A stretch of DNA of 64,000 bases from Candidatus Thorarchaeota archaeon (lineage in GTDB: Archaea; Asgardarchaeota; Thorarchaeia; Thorarchaeales; Thorarchaeaceae), in NCBI GenBank assembly GCA_020348985.1, contig CP070761.1, forward strand, positions 862,324-926,323, given 5' to 3'. A program made the translations under genes and the position numbers. The stretch's first letter is position 1, and each line of letters starts with the position of its first letter. The notes beneath the pieces are model-generated. The model did no database searches and was not told the origin of the DNA. It saw only the letters and a list, made by a program, of their open reading frames with translations. This document shows positions 29,022 through 40,015 of this stretch, in pieces.

Positions 29022-29328
29022 TAGAGTCTCCTTCTACTATTCTGCAGACTTCCGTTGTAGCAGCATATGGCCGAGTGCCTATCCTGCATTACGGTCTGCT
29101 CTGCAATTTTGACGACAAGCAAAGATGTATGATCTATTGCATCAGATCTTATCGTCAAGAGATAATCCGAATTCAAAAGATAATAGTCAAGGGTTTGAAC
29201 ACACTCGTTCAATCAATTGGACACTATTGTTCTGACAATTAGAACGATTCAAGCAATTGATTTTGCCCTATGCTCGCAAAGCTTTTCCGGTTGGAGCCTT
29301 AACTGGTTTCTAAGGTGGGATAGCAGAA

Positions 29329-30495
29329 TTGAGCAGCTCCTTGGTTGACCGCGAATCCACAGTTGATCTGCTGAAGGACCTAGTGAAGATAGATTCTGTA
29401 AATCCGTCCCTTGTCAAAGGTGCGGCGGGGGAAGCAGAAATCGCTGAGTTCCTTTCGGACTACATGCAGGGACTGGGTCTGAGAACCGCTGTCGAGGAAG
29501 TGGACACAGGCAGACCTAATGTAGTGGGCGTCTTGGAGGGGGAGGAACAAGGACCTTCACTGCTTCTTAATGGGCACACAGACACTGTTGGCGTGGATTA
29601 CATGGATGTTGACCCATTTAATCCAGTGATAAGAGACGGCAAGCTGTACGGTCGAGGCGCCTTTGATATGAAAGGGGGTCTTGCTTCTATTGTGGCTGCC
29701 ACAAAGGCTGTTGTGGAGTCCGATAGAAAGCTAAGGGGCAATCTCGTGATATCTGCAGTCTGCGATGAAGAATACGCGTCAATAGGTACAGAGAGACTCA
29801 TGAATGATATTCTACCTGACGCCGCAATTATAGGAGAACCGACGGAACTCGACATTCTGGTTGCTCACAAGGGATTCTCATGGGTTGAGATTGTGACAAG
29901 AGGGTTTGCCGCCCATGGTAGCCAGCATGAAAAGGGAATCGATGCTATAGCAATGATGGGACGAGTTCTTGTAGAGTTGGAGAAACTACAAGGAGGCCTT
30001 GCTAGGAAGACACATGAGAAAGTGGGTCATCCGACACTCCACGCTTCAATTATAGAAGGCGGAAGTGAGCTAAGTACATATCCCGATTGTTGCGTGCTCA
30101 AAATCGAATGGAGGACTGTGCCTGGCGAAGATGAGTCAACGATTAGAAATGAGATTGAGTCAGTGCTTTCGGGACTTGCAAGCAGGGATGGCAACTTCAA
30201 AGCAGACTATGAGATTATTCTCTCCAGAGGACCAATGGAAGTCTCAGAGAATGAATCAATCTGTCAGAGCCTTGCAAACGTGATTCTTGAAGTAACTGGA
30301 CGTGTACCAGAATACATTGGTAGACCTTTCTGGCTCGACACAGAAATCATCTGGAGGAAAGGAGTGCCTGCAGTAGCATTTGGTCCAAGTGGTGACGGGG
30401 CTCATGCAGCGGTAGAGTATGTCAATGTTGAATCTGTGATTACCGCGGCACGTGTGCTAGAGAGATTTGCACATAGCTACTTAGGATCCATTTAG
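29329..30495 (+). CDS. M20A ArgE/DapE family deacylase
   Basis: LNGHTDTV, GRGAFDMKGG, DEE, GEPT, AHAAVE. Confidence 0.92.
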   Translation: MSSSLVDRESTVDLLKDLVKIDSVNPSLVKGAAGEAEIAEFLSDYMQGLGLRTAVEEVDTGRPNVVGVLEGEEQGPSLLLNGHTDTVGVDYMDVDPFNPVIRDGKLYGRGAFDMKGGLASIVAATKAVVESDRKLRGNLVISAVCDEEYASIGTERLMNDILPDAAIIGEPTELDILVAHKGFSWVEIVTRGFAAHGSQHEKGIDAIAMMGRVLVELEKLQGGLARKTHEKVGHPTLHASIIEGGSELSTYPDCCVLKIEWRTVPGEDESTIRNEIESVLSGLASRDGNFKADYEIILSRGPMEVSENESICQSLANVILEVTGRVPEYIGRPFWLDTEIIWRKGVPAVAFGPSGDGAHAAVEYVNVESVITAARVLERFAHSYLGSI

Positions 30496-31557
30496 TTGTG
30501 GAAGAGAGAGAAAAAGATGGATGTGATGGATTTGGCAGAAGACAACGTAAGAGTACTGTTCATCTGGGATGCACGCGCAGAACTACGCGACTTCCTGCAA
30601 GCGGGACTGGCCGACTTGGAAAACGTGGAACTCGTGTTTCCAGACGAGACTGATGATGAGACTCTCGTAAAGCTCGCGCCGGATGCGGACATCATGATTG
30701 GCTGGAGACCCTCCAGAGATCTCCTGAGCGCCGCCAAGAAGATGACTCTTTTTGTAAATCCAGGTGCCGGAGTTCAGCACCACATTGAGGTCTTTAGAGA
30801 GATCAACCAAGAGCAGAGCGTTGTCCTGGTCAACGGCCATGGCAACTCCTACTTCACTGCTCAGCATGCCGTGGCGTTGCTCCTCACACTGACAAACAAG
30901 ATTGTGTCTCACCATGAATGGATGAGAAACGGAAAGTGGCGTACAGGAGATTCTGACGCAAGCTCGATTCCTCTCAGGTATAGGAAAGTGGGCCTCCTGG
31001 GATACGGAGCAGTCAACAGACAAGTTCATCGGTTCCTCCAAGGTTTCGATTTGGATTTTCATGTCCTCAAAAGAAGTTGGGAGACTCAACCACGGACACA
31101 GCCCACGAACTACAGGAAATACGAGCCTGCTCAGATTCACGAGTTCTTGAAGGACATAGATACATTGATTGTCGCTGTTCCTCAAACGCCAGAAACGATA
31201 GGACTGATAGGTCGAGAAGAGCTTGAGCTGCTGGGAGAGGATGGTCTCATCGTCAATATGGCCCGGGGAGTAGTGGTTGATGAGCAGGGTCTGTTCAACG
31301 TTCTGAAAGAAAAAGCCATTGCTGGTGCTGCTATTGACGTCTGGTACGAATACAGACCAGAGCCTGATGCCGAAGGCCGGAAGTTCCCTTACAACTATCC
31401 GTTTCACGAGCTTGACAATGTCATCCTTTCTCCACACAGAGGTGCCTCTCCTTTCAGAGACCTAGAAAGGTGGAATGAAGTCACAGAGAACATAAGGCGC
31501 TTTGCAGTCGGAAGAACAGACTTTCTAAACGTGGTTGATCTTGACCGCGGGTACTGA
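30496..31557 (+). CDS. D-isomer specific 2-hydroxyacid dehydrogenase
   Basis: GLLGYGAV, NMARG, IDVW, SPHRGA. Confidence 0.9.
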   Translation: MWKREKKMDVMDLAEDNVRVLFIWDARAELRDFLQAGLADLENVELVFPDETDDETLVKLAPDADIMIGWRPSRDLLSAAKKMTLFVNPGAGVQHHIEVFREINQEQSVVLVNGHGNSYFTAQHAVALLLTLTNKIVSHHEWMRNGKWRTGDSDASSIPLRYRKVGLLGYGAVNRQVHRFLQGFDLDFHVLKRSWETQPRTQPTNYRKYEPAQIHEFLKDIDTLIVAVPQTPETIGLIGREELELLGEDGLIVNMARGVVVDEQGLFNVLKEKAIAGAAIDVWYEYRPEPDAEGRKFPYNYPFHELDNVILSPHRGASPFRDLERWNEVTENIRRFAVGRTDFLNVVDLDRGY

Positions 31558-31873
31558 CCAACCGAATTCCTATGTGCACAGGACCACACAAGGAGACTCA
31601 ATTACTTGTTGTCATGAGTTCTCTCATCCGAGTCTGGCTCTTGAGGAGCAAGAGCAAGGGAGAAATCCCAGCCGACCCAGTTGTCGAGGAAGCTCGGCCA
31701 CCGTTCCAGGCCCAATCATTGCGTTGTCTCCGTTTGTCCTGATGACTGAGGTCGGCACTGTTTCTTCTTACTTCCAAAACCAATATCTTCATTCATATGT
31801 CGGGATTCTCTCAGGTGGAATTGGAAAGGATACCATTTCTGACTGCAGTCAGAGCAATCCGAAATGAGGTCAA

Positions 31874-33490
31874 GTGCTGATGGAAGGCGTAGACAACAAT
31901 GAAACAGCAGTTGAATCTGGAGAGGAAAGAAGGAACTTCTCGTTGAGCTTCTTGAGCGATCGACATATTTTGGCTCCGTGGATTCTGCTTGCACTCACCG
32001 GAACAACTGTGACCATTCTTTCCATTTATCATGTCCAGTCAGTTATGGCCTCATGGGGAATATTCGGGTTCTCATTTGACGATTCTTGGATACATGTTCA
32101 ATATGCGAGAACCATCTTCGAGGGTCGTGCATGGGAATACGCATGGGGAATCCCTAGCACAGGAAGCTCTGGCCCTCTTTGGTCTATCATACTAAGCCCA
32201 ATCTTCCTCTTCGGAACTAGTCACGACAGTGTGGTCACGTCAGTGCTCTTCATTAGCAGCATTCTCTACATATTGAATACAATTGTAGTTGGAGAGATTG
32301 TAAGACAACATACAGGAAAGTGGGAGTTTGGGGTCCTGGCCCAGGTCGTCTTTGTCTTGATTCCTCGAAATGCGGGACTCATGCTCTCCGGAATGGAAAC
32401 TCCTCTAGGAATGTTAACACTATTTCTTGCCTTGTTGCTCCTGAACAAGAAAGAGTGGAAGTATGACATTGCACTTGGGATTGTCGTCGGATTCGCATAC
32501 CTATGCCGTCCGGAATTCGTACTAGTAGCTGCAATCGCGTTCCCGACCAGAATGGTACTGACTTTGAAGCGGGAGGGTCTTCAGAAGAGACGAATACTGA
32601 CTCTCTTCTCGATGTTTGTCGTTGCAGCTTTGGTGGTTTTACCCTGGGTTCTTCATTGTCTGAATACAACGGGTTTACCACTTCCGGATTCATATTACTC
32701 AAAGATGCGATGGGGAGTCTCCGACGATGGAATTAACCTCTGGAACATCTACTGGTATGAGTTCTGGCTACGAACAGAGCCATACTTGATTCTGGGTTTT
32801 ACTGGGGGCTTTATCCTAGCGCTCAAAGGGAGGCCCTACGAGTTCCTTCTCTCAGTTGCGCTCTTCGCGCTCTACCGACTCACCATGCCAGGGATGTCTC
32901 TTCTATTCGCCGCTCGCTATCTCGTCCCACTGTTTGACATTCTGGGTGTCGCTTTCGTTTCTGGACTTGCAATTGCGCTTCAGAGATTCCTTCGAGACAA
33001 GGGCTCAAAAAAGCCGCTTCGTCCATCAGAAAAGACCCTGCTGTCCTTAGTCCTAATCAGCATCCTATTCGTTCCTTCACTGATGCAATACAATCACTTT
33101 GTCACTGTTCACGCAAATCAGGCAAGCAATATAGAGGAGATGCAGGTCACACTATCGCTTTGGATTCGAGAGAACGTACCAGTCAACTCAACTATTGCGA
33201 CCTATGATGTCGGCGCGTTGGGATACTTCGCTGAAGGAGTAGTTCTTGATTTGTATGGACTTGTGACTCCTTTGATACTTCACAATCTAACACATCCCTT
33301 TGATCAGGCCGGACATCTTAGAGAAATCAACTGCACTTACGTGATGTTCTATGTAGAGTGGTTCAACTACATACGATCAGGCATCGTGTATCACGGCGGA
33401 GACACCTCTATTCTTTTCCAAGTACACTTGGATGACAATGTGGTTTGTGGCACAGACAACATGGCTGTTTACGAGATTGCCTGGAGCTGA
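31874..33490 (+). CDS. GT-C fold polytopic glycosyltransferase-like membrane protein
   Basis: DDSWIH.QYAR after TM1, SGMET, RPE, RYLVP, DVGALGY, DLYGL. Confidence 0.7.
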   Translation: MLMEGVDNNETAVESGEERRNFSLSFLSDRHILAPWILLALTGTTVTILSIYHVQSVMASWGIFGFSFDDSWIHVQYARTIFEGRAWEYAWGIPSTGSSGPLWSIILSPIFLFGTSHDSVVTSVLFISSILYILNTIVVGEIVRQHTGKWEFGVLAQVVFVLIPRNAGLMLSGMETPLGMLTLFLALLLLNKKEWKYDIALGIVVGFAYLCRPEFVLVAAIAFPTRMVLTLKREGLQKRRILTLFSMFVVAALVVLPWVLHCLNTTGLPLPDSYYSKMRWGVSDDGINLWNIYWYEFWLRTEPYLILGFTGGFILALKGRPYEFLLSVALFALYRLTMPGMSLLFAARYLVPLFDILGVAFVSGLAIALQRFLRDKGSKKPLRPSEKTLLSLVLISILFVPSLMQYNHFVTVHANQASNIEEMQVTLSLWIRENVPVNSTIATYDVGALGYFAEGVVLDLYGLVTPLILHNLTHPFDQAGHLREINCTYVMFYVEWFNYIRSGIVYHGGDTSILFQVHLDDNVVCGTDNMAVYEIAWS

Positions 33491-33630
33491 ACTTCAACGA
33501 GACAGCATTGATTGGAAGAGCGAGGGAGGTCACCCAAACAGAAGTCAGCCACTCGAATTTGTAACTACACGTATATTGTGGAGTTCAATTCAGTATCTGA
33601 TTGGTGGATTGAATGGTTTGATTTAGGGAA

Positions 33631-35217
33631 CTAGATGCCTGCAGCTTGTCCATCCTTCCTTAGATCCGATCCAGCAATCCATGCATCTCCGAGTCGGAGT
33701 ATCGCCTGACCTCCACCAAATCCGGATTTCTTCTCGTCAATTAGATGATGACCCCGCGAACCAAGACTATCAAACAGCGCGATAGGAGCCCTGCTCTCCA
33801 CTGCAACTTGATTGGTCACTTGGTCGTGATTGAATCTCGGATGGTCTAGTGCTTGTTGGGGCCACATGTCACAGTCTACAATGTTGCTGACAAACTGGGC
33901 ATGTGCTTGTGCCTGATGTGCTCCACCCATTATCCCAAAGACACCATGGAACTCACCCTCACTGTATAGTGCACCAGGGATTATTGTGTGAAATGGCAAC
34001 TTGTTGGGTCCGTAGCAATTTGGATGACTAGGATCCAGAGAGAAGAGATTCCCACGGTTCTGAAGCTTGATTCCGTATCCTTCGACAACCAAACCGGAAC
34101 CGATTCCCATATAGAGGCTGTTGATGAACGACACAGCATTCCCTTCACTGTCTGCAGTAGCTAGGTACACAGTTCCGTGCCCTGTTTGAATGCCAGGTTC
34201 AGTATTATCCATGGATGAATACAACTCAATAGATGCTGAACGCCCTTTCGAGTAGTCCTTTGAAAGCAAGCTTTCCATCGTGACCCTCATGTGATCTGGG
34301 TCTGCGTTGTGCGCATGTAGATCAGCATATGCCAACTTCTTCGCTTCAATCATGATATGATATCTGTCCGCGTCAAACGGACTATACTTGCCGAACTCAA
34401 ACTCCTCCATGATGTTCAGCATAATAAGGGCTGCAAAACCCTGACCATTGGGAGGGTGCTCAAAAACCTCTAGTCCACGATAGTCGGTGCTGATTGGTTC
34501 AGTCTCCACGGTCTCGTGCCTAGCCAAATCCTCTGGTGTCACAAACCCACCATGCTCTTGAATCGTCTTTGAGACCGCATCTGCAGTCTCTCCCTCATAG
34601 AAGAAGGATACTCCCTCTTCTGTCACCATCTCGAAAACATTGGCGAGGTCCGGATTGCGCATGGTTTCACCAGCAACAGGTGGCCTGCCATCGATAGTGT
34701 AGGTGTCCTTTGCCGCGTTGTTAATCAAGACTCTGAGAACATGTGGCCACGAGTCAGCAATAAGGGGAGAAACGGGGAAGCCTTCTCTAGCATAGTGAAT
34801 GGACGGAGAGAGAACCTCCTTGAGTTCGAGATTGCCATACTTTCTCACAAGGAAATCCCACAAGTGCATGGCACCCGGCACAGTAACGGGAGCGCCACCT
34901 CGCACAGGCATATCAGTCCAGCCCTTCTCCAGCAAATCATCAATGGTGGCAAGCGATCCTGACCGACCAGATCCGTTGAATGACAGCGGCTTCTTCCTCC
35001 CCGAGAGATGAAGGAGGGCAAATGCATCACCACCACACCCAGTGCTAAATGGTTCCACTACGTCCAGGACAGCAGCAACTGCTACGGCAGCATCAATGGC
35101 ATTGCCACCGTTTCGCAGAATCTCGATACCTGCTTGTGTTGCCAAAGGCTGAGACGATGCAACCATGCCATCCTTTGCGATGACATCAGAACGTCCAGTT
35201 GGTCGACGCCAGAACAT
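33631..35217 (-). CDS. ggt: Gamma-glutamyltransferase / glutathione hydrolase
   Basis: GGNAIDAAVA, GCGGDAF, VPGA, HGTVY (nucleophile Thr), FHTIIP, GIMGG. Confidence 0.93.
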   Translation of the reverse strand: MFWRRPTGRSDVIAKDGMVASSQPLATQAGIEILRNGGNAIDAAVAVAAVLDVVEPFSTGCGGDAFALLHLSGRKKPLSFNGSGRSGSLATIDDLLEKGWTDMPVRGGAPVTVPGAMHLWDFLVRKYGNLELKEVLSPSIHYAREGFPVSPLIADSWPHVLRVLINNAAKDTYTIDGRPPVAGETMRNPDLANVFEMVTEEGVSFFYEGETADAVSKTIQEHGGFVTPEDLARHETVETEPISTDYRGLEVFEHPPNGQGFAALIMLNIMEEFEFGKYSPFDADRYHIMIEAKKLAYADLHAHNADPDHMRVTMESLLSKDYSKGRSASIELYSSMDNTEPGIQTGHGTVYLATADSEGNAVSFINSLYMGIGSGLVVEGYGIKLQNRGNLFSLDPSHPNCYGPNKLPFHTIIPGALYSEGEFHGVFGIMGGAHQAQAHAQFVSNIVDCDMWPQQALDHPRFNHDQVTNQVAVESRAPIALFDSLGSRGHHLIDEKKSGFGGGQAILRLGDAWIAGSDLRKDGQAAGI

Positions 35218-35348
35218 GACTGTTCACTCAGTGATGCAAGTCGAGGCAATTCCGCAATAAAGCGCTTTTGCTGAGAGTCAGCTGAAATAGTTGTCGCAGA
35301 GAGAGCAAAGGATAAAGGAGGTCTTGTGTATATTAGACTTGAGAGATA

Positions 35349-35828
35349 ATGGCGGCAATGGAAAGAGAAAACCAGAACCAAATACAAGATGACACCATAG
35401 TTGAAGCGACTATAGAACAGCTTAGAAAGGGCGTGGAAAAGGTGCTGGTGCACTACACTGAGAGAATCGAAGGCCGTTCTCGAGAAGAGAAGGAACCTGG
35501 TAGCGAGATACTCATCGGTGACACAATCATCTTTGAAGAAGAGATCGACTTTTCGCCGGCTCAGATTGTGGCAATTAAGGTCTGGAATGATGTTTGGTTT
35601 CTAATTAGCACATCAGAGCATCCACCAGGAGGCTATCCTACCACCAAGGATGCTGTCAAAGCGGGGCAAGCAGAAGAGAAGAAGCTGAGAGTGCTTGTGG
35701 ATTACCTCACTGGCAACTTGGCAAAGGAGCTTCGCGAAGACGCAAGAGATTGGAAGCCGGATATGAGAGGCGAGGCAAAAGAAATACTGAAGATGGTCAA
35801 GAACGGCAGAGAGAGATGGGAACATTAG
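35349..35828 (+). CDS. Hypothetical protein
   Basis: 159-aa ORF with soluble-protein composition filling the gap between oppositely oriented genes. Confidence 0.7.
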   Translation: MAAMERENQNQIQDDTIVEATIEQLRKGVEKVLVHYTERIEGRSREEKEPGSEILIGDTIIFEEEIDFSPAQIVAIKVWNDVWFLISTSEHPPGGYPTTKDAVKAGQAEEKKLRVLVDYLTGNLAKELREDARDWKPDMRGEAKEILKMVKNGRERWEH

Positions 35829-35834
35829 TCCAGA

Positions 35835-36980
35835 CTAAGTCCAATCCTTTAGGAATCCGAAGAGCCTAGAGATCTTCATAGCGTGTGCGAAGATTAGGAG
35901 CATATCTTCGTCTTCTTCATCGGGCATATCTTCCAATAGGTCACCCTTCAATCCTCGTGTGAGCCATCCGATGGCTTTCGAGCTTCTCTCCTCGGAGATC
36001 TTGTCAAGATGGTAAGAAATCTCAGATAGCCCTGCGAATGATATTTCAAACTCACGGAGCACGCCAATAAGACAGTGAAGGCGAATGCTTGCATTCTCCA
36101 GTGTTCCTGCGGCGAGAACATCGACTATCTTCTGGCGGGTCTCTAGAATCAGATTATCTACCTCGAACTCAACAGACTGCTTGTTCATAACAGACTCAGA
36201 GCTCTCTCTGAGTCTTTCTATCAATGAATCAATGCTCACCAAGATTGGAGCCAAGAGTGTATCCGACAACTTCGAGAAGCCTGATCTGGTCAGCTTCATT
36301 CCAACAGCTGATTTGTCTATGTCCAGACTGCTGCCACCGTCAAAGATAACATGTGAGTCTTCATGAGGCGAAAGTCTGTCGCTCAAGAGAATGGAAAGCA
36401 GGTCACGACCACAGGAGTTGCAGACAGCAGCACCAATCAAGACACGCTCCATTCTTTCGAAGAGTCTCATGACTGCCTCTTTGTCGTCAACCCGCCGCAT
36501 GTTTATTCTGCCGTCTTGAAGGACGGTAATACTCATCTCTCCTACATCCGCACGCCCATAGCCCAGATCACGACTGCACTTGACAAGATCAAAATGAGGT
36601 TTCAAGCAATCCATCAATTCACACAGGATCCTGGGATCAAAAACGCCAAAGAGTATTGGTTCTCCAGTCTTCACTCCATTGAAGACCCGCAGTTCAGCCA
36701 TCACTTTCTCATCAGTGTCCTTGCATGGACGGGTGAACAACACTCCTCCTTCAGGCTGTTCGGGAGCAAGCTTTGCTCTTCGGCTAGGGGCCCTGCTGCA
36801 AATGGACTTTAGCTCTGCCTTTAGACTGGCGAATCCGTTCAATCTGAGAAGTGGACATGCTTCGATTTCACATTCGCCAAAGACAATCGCACGCCCGAAG
36901 CTCGCACAATTTGGAAGTCCGCAAAGTCCACAATCGACCTTCGGAGTTGCCTTCCAAGTTCGAGTCCAGATGCTACTCAT
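35835..36980 (-). CDS. (Fe-S)-binding protein with N-terminal CdhE-type [4Fe-4S] domain
   Basis: PKVDCGLCGLPNCASF...CPLL, with further Cys in RPC, KCS and CNSC. Confidence 0.75.
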   Translation of the reverse strand: MSSIWTRTWKATPKVDCGLCGLPNCASFGRAIVFGECEIEACPLLRLNGFASLKAELKSICSRAPSRRAKLAPEQPEGGVLFTRPCKDTDEKVMAELRVFNGVKTGEPILFGVFDPRILCELMDCLKPHFDLVKCSRDLGYGRADVGEMSITVLQDGRINMRRVDDKEAVMRLFERMERVLIGAAVCNSCGRDLLSILLSDRLSPHEDSHVIFDGGSSLDIDKSAVGMKLTRSGFSKLSDTLLAPILVSIDSLIERLRESSESVMNKQSVEFEVDNLILETRQKIVDVLAAGTLENASIRLHCLIGVLREFEISFAGLSEISYHLDKISEERSSKAIGWLTRGLKGDLLEDMPDEEDEDMLLIFAHAMKISRLFGFLKDWT

Positions 36981-37093
36981 TCAGAACGTCCTCTTCTGAA
37001 TGGACTCCAGTTGCCTCGCAGTTTAAGATTCCGATGTATGCCATCCGTGTACGTCAATTTTATTAGTTAACTGAAGACCCGCCAACTAGAACG

Positions 37094-37699
37094 GTGCTAC
37101 GCATGGAGAGAGCCCGCAAAGCGATGAAATGGGATAAAAGGTCCGAACATGTCAAGTTAGTCTTTATGCTTGGCATAGTAATCGGAGCCACGCTTGGCGG
37201 ATATGGTTTGTTCATGGTTGCGATGGGGACTACCAGTCCGCTCGTCGTTGTTACGAGTGAGTCGATGGTTCCCACACTGGAAAAGGGCGACATGTTGGTG
37301 CTACAGGCAAAACCACCAGACCAGATCTTCGTTGGAGACATCATTGTTTTTCAGGATACTGAGTGGCACACTGACGGGCCCGTTGTACATCGCGTGATTT
37401 CCGTTACGGTGGAGAATGGCACGTATTCTTACGAGACCAAAGGAGATGCCAACACACATCAGGATCCCGACAACAGGAGATACGATGAGGTAATTGGAGT
37501 TGTCATCTTCAGAGTACCATTTATCGGTCATGTAAGCTTGTTTTTGAGAACAACAGAGGGAATCATCTTCATGGTCATCCTCTTTGTTGTGATTCTTGTA
37601 TTACCCGAATTTGTTTGTAAGGACGATGAGACCACCTCAGAAGAGGAGGGAGACCCACCCTCTCCCGAGGTAGTAGTTTCTGACTCAGGCCAGTCATGA
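37094..37699 (+). CDS. Signal peptidase I, S26B (SEC11-type)
   Basis: SESMVPTL..GD, VVHRV, TKGDAN..D, VPFIG. Confidence 0.92.
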   Translation: MLRMERARKAMKWDKRSEHVKLVFMLGIVIGATLGGYGLFMVAMGTTSPLVVVTSESMVPTLEKGDMLVLQAKPPDQIFVGDIIVFQDTEWHTDGPVVHRVISVTVENGTYSYETKGDANTHQDPDNRRYDEVIGVVIFRVPFIGHVSLFLRTTEGIIFMVILFVVILVLPEFVCKDDETTSEEEGDPPSPEVVVSDSGQS

Positions 37700-38239
37700 A
37701 GAACCATAGAATTGAAGCGGTGTGAGTCCGAAAATCCCAGCGACCAGATTGCCTGGGAATGTGGCGATACCTGTGTTATACGCGGCAACGGCATCATTGT
37801 AGTCTAACTTTGCCTGAGTGATTCTATTCTCTGTGCCAGTGATCTCGTCAAAGAGCCCAATGTAAAGTGTACTTGCGTAAAGAGTCGGGTAATTCTCCTG
37901 AATTGCCACAAACAGCGTATTGAGTGCCAAGTTCAGTTGCGAAGAAACATTCGCCTGTTCGCTCGGACTCCCGTTAAGATTCAACCACTGCGTCCTAAGT
38001 GATGTTATCAGTGCAAGCGTTTCTTGCTCGAATTCTGTGTAATTCTCAACAGTCGTGACGAGCTGTGGAATCAAGTCGATCTTCCGTTCATACTGGACAG
38101 CAATCGCATTCCACTTGTTTTCCACATCTACCTTGAGCGTGACTAAGTTGTTGTAGGTCAAGATGATCGAGACACCTATTCCTCCACCTACGATAACAAG
38201 CCCCACAAGGACCAAGCATAGGACATTTCTTTGTGCCAT
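37694..38239 (-). CDS. lemA: LemA family protein
   Basis: YNNLV...W..I...YERKIDLIPQLV, ENYPTL, TENRI...YNDAV..YN....FP. Confidence 0.92.
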   Translation of the reverse strand: MAQRNVLCLVLVGLVIVGGGIGVSIILTYNNLVTLKVDVENKWNAIAVQYERKIDLIPQLVTTVENYTEFEQETLALITSLRTQWLNLNGSPSEQANVSSQLNLALNTLFVAIQENYPTLYASTLYIGLFDEITGTENRITQAKLDYNDAVAAYNTGIATFPGNLVAGIFGLTPLQFYGSS

Positions 38240-38251
38240 GTTTCCTCCCTC

Positions 38252-39109
38252 TCAGCCGTAACTAGTGTAACCTCCACCTGATGTCTTTCCGCCGCCACTC
38301 CTTACTCTGCCAGCTCCTGAAATCACAACCGTTCCGCCAAACGCAATCACAATAGCATAGAACAGCGTGGCCAGAGAGTTGTCCAACCACCACGCAAAGA
38401 GCGTCAATGTACCTATCATGACAAGCGGGATGATGCAATTGCCTCCTCTGACCACAGTGTAGTTTGCCCACGAGAAGACGAACGACAGGAACACACCGAT
38501 GACCGCCCCGGCTATGAGCGGATTTGCGTATGCCCAAGCCTGAAGTGCAGCAAGACCTATGGGATCTCCTTGTCCACTTACGACACTTGGGTCATCCATA
38601 AACTCGTAATAGAGAGCCAGAATTCCTTCATAGAGGCCCTCGTAGATGTACCCCCAGTCAATCCATGCAGTTACGTTGTCTCTGGCAATTCTACCAGCTT
38701 CAGCATCCGTGATAGCACCCTCCAACCCTCTTCCCACTTCGATTCTGAATTCGTATGCAAAATGCGTACTGTTGAGGTCTTCATAGTACAGGGTCAAGAG
38801 TAGACCATTGTTTACATCAGCCTTTCCTATTCCCCAATCATTGAAAAGAAGGTAGGAATAGCGATTGATATCATAACCCTCTAAATCTGATGTAGTAACA
38901 ATGAAGATCTCTACGGTAGTTTCTTCCTCGATTGCCTGACACAAGTCTTCGAGATCCATGTCCTCTTCAATAGTCAAGATAAGGGCCCAATCGTTAATCA
39001 TGTATCCTGTATAGGATGGAAGGGCCGGAGTTGGTCCAGACAGTGCGAAAACAACCGTACAAGCCAGCACAAGTACAAGTAGCACTCTTGCAGGTTTGCT
39101 GGTGGACAT
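38252..39109 (-). CDS. TPM domain membrane protein
   Basis: WGIGK..NNGLLL, RIEVGRGLEGAITD, Gly-rich tail GGGKTSGGG. Adjacent to lemA. Confidence 0.9.
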   Translation of the reverse strand: MSTSKPARVLLVLVLACTVVFALSGPTPALPSYTGYMINDWALILTIEEDMDLEDLCQAIEEETTVEIFIVTTSDLEGYDINRYSYLLFNDWGIGKADVNNGLLLTLYYEDLNSTHFAYEFRIEVGRGLEGAITDAEAGRIARDNVTAWIDWGYIYEGLYEGILALYYEFMDDPSVVSGQGDPIGLAALQAWAYANPLIAGAVIGVFLSFVFSWANYTVVRGGNCIIPLVMIGTLTLFAWWLDNSLATLFYAIVIAFGGTVVISGAGRVRSGGGKTSGGGYTSYG

Positions 39110-39153
39110 CGCGTTTCCTCCTGAGACTGGGTCACCTATATTGTTTCTGAAAT

Positions 39154-39966
39154 CTACGCTTGACCAAGGAGCTTTAGCATTGTAGCTTCATCAAGAAGAC
39201 CGAGCTTCTCTGCGAGGGATTCCACTGCCACATATGCAGGTGAGTCTGTGTCAAGGTCAAAGACCGGTTTTCCAAGATAATTGAGTCTGGACAAAGAATC
39301 ATCATTGGGAATCATGCCGAGAAGAGTCAATCCCTGCTCTTCGAGCATTGAACGTACTTCTTCTTCCATGCCGTCTGGGAATCTGTTTCCTACTACAACA
39401 ACCTGTTTGAAGTCGATGTGAACCTCTTTTGCCAGGTCCCTGATTCTGATAGCAGCTTCGTAGGCTGCTCTTGAGGGGTCGATAACGACTACCAGCACAT
39501 CGACATTCCTATCGGTCCTTCTACTAAGATGCTCCAAGCCTGCACTCATATCCATCAGCGTGACTTCATAGTTCCGAGTCAACGTGTCAAGAATTTGGGT
39601 GAGAAGTCTATTGACGTAGCAGTAGCAGCCTTCTCCTTCAGTTCTGCCCATAGCCAAGAAGTCGAATCGGTCGTCTTCGATTAACGATTCGAATACTTCA
39701 GCCTCAAGAATGTCTTGCTTGGTGGCCGCAGCCGGCACTGATCCTTCATCAATGTCCTTCCTCAGAGTGGTGGCTACTTTACCCACCGTTGAGTTGACTT
39801 CAACCCCAATTGCCCTTGGCAAGTTCATGACCGGGTCGGCGTCAACGACAAGCAACGAACGTTTCGTCTTCTCGACAACTGCACGTGTCAAGAGGGCCGA
39901 TAGTGTGGTCTTTCCGACTCCGCCTTTTCCGGAGACGGATATCACGAGATGCTCTCTCATTGTCAC
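39154..39966 (-). CDS. cooC: CooC/AcsF nickel-insertion ATPase
   Basis: GKGGVGKTT, DADP, EGCYC, AGLEHLSR. Last gene of the cdh operon. Confidence 0.92.
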   Translation of the reverse strand: MTMREHLVISVSGKGGVGKTTLSALLTRAVVEKTKRSLLVVDADPVMNLPRAIGVEVNSTVGKVATTLRKDIDEGSVPAAATKQDILEAEVFESLIEDDRFDFLAMGRTEGEGCYCYVNRLLTQILDTLTRNYEVTLMDMSAGLEHLSRRTDRNVDVLVVVIDPSRAAYEAAIRIRDLAKEVHIDFKQVVVVGNRFPDGMEEEVRSMLEEQGLTLLGMIPNDDSLSRLNYLGKPVFDLDTDSPAYVAVESLAEKLGLLDEATMLKLLGQA

Positions 39967-40015
39967 CTTCTCTTCGTGTCACTGTAAAGAAAGCCTTTTC
40001 CAAATAGGAACTAGA

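Noticed and set aside
31558-31873. Intergenic stretch with CTGATGA (hammerhead core?) and short ORFs
   Set aside because: No matching stem II-GAAA or cleavage triplet arrangement was found, and the ORFs have no recognisable motifs.
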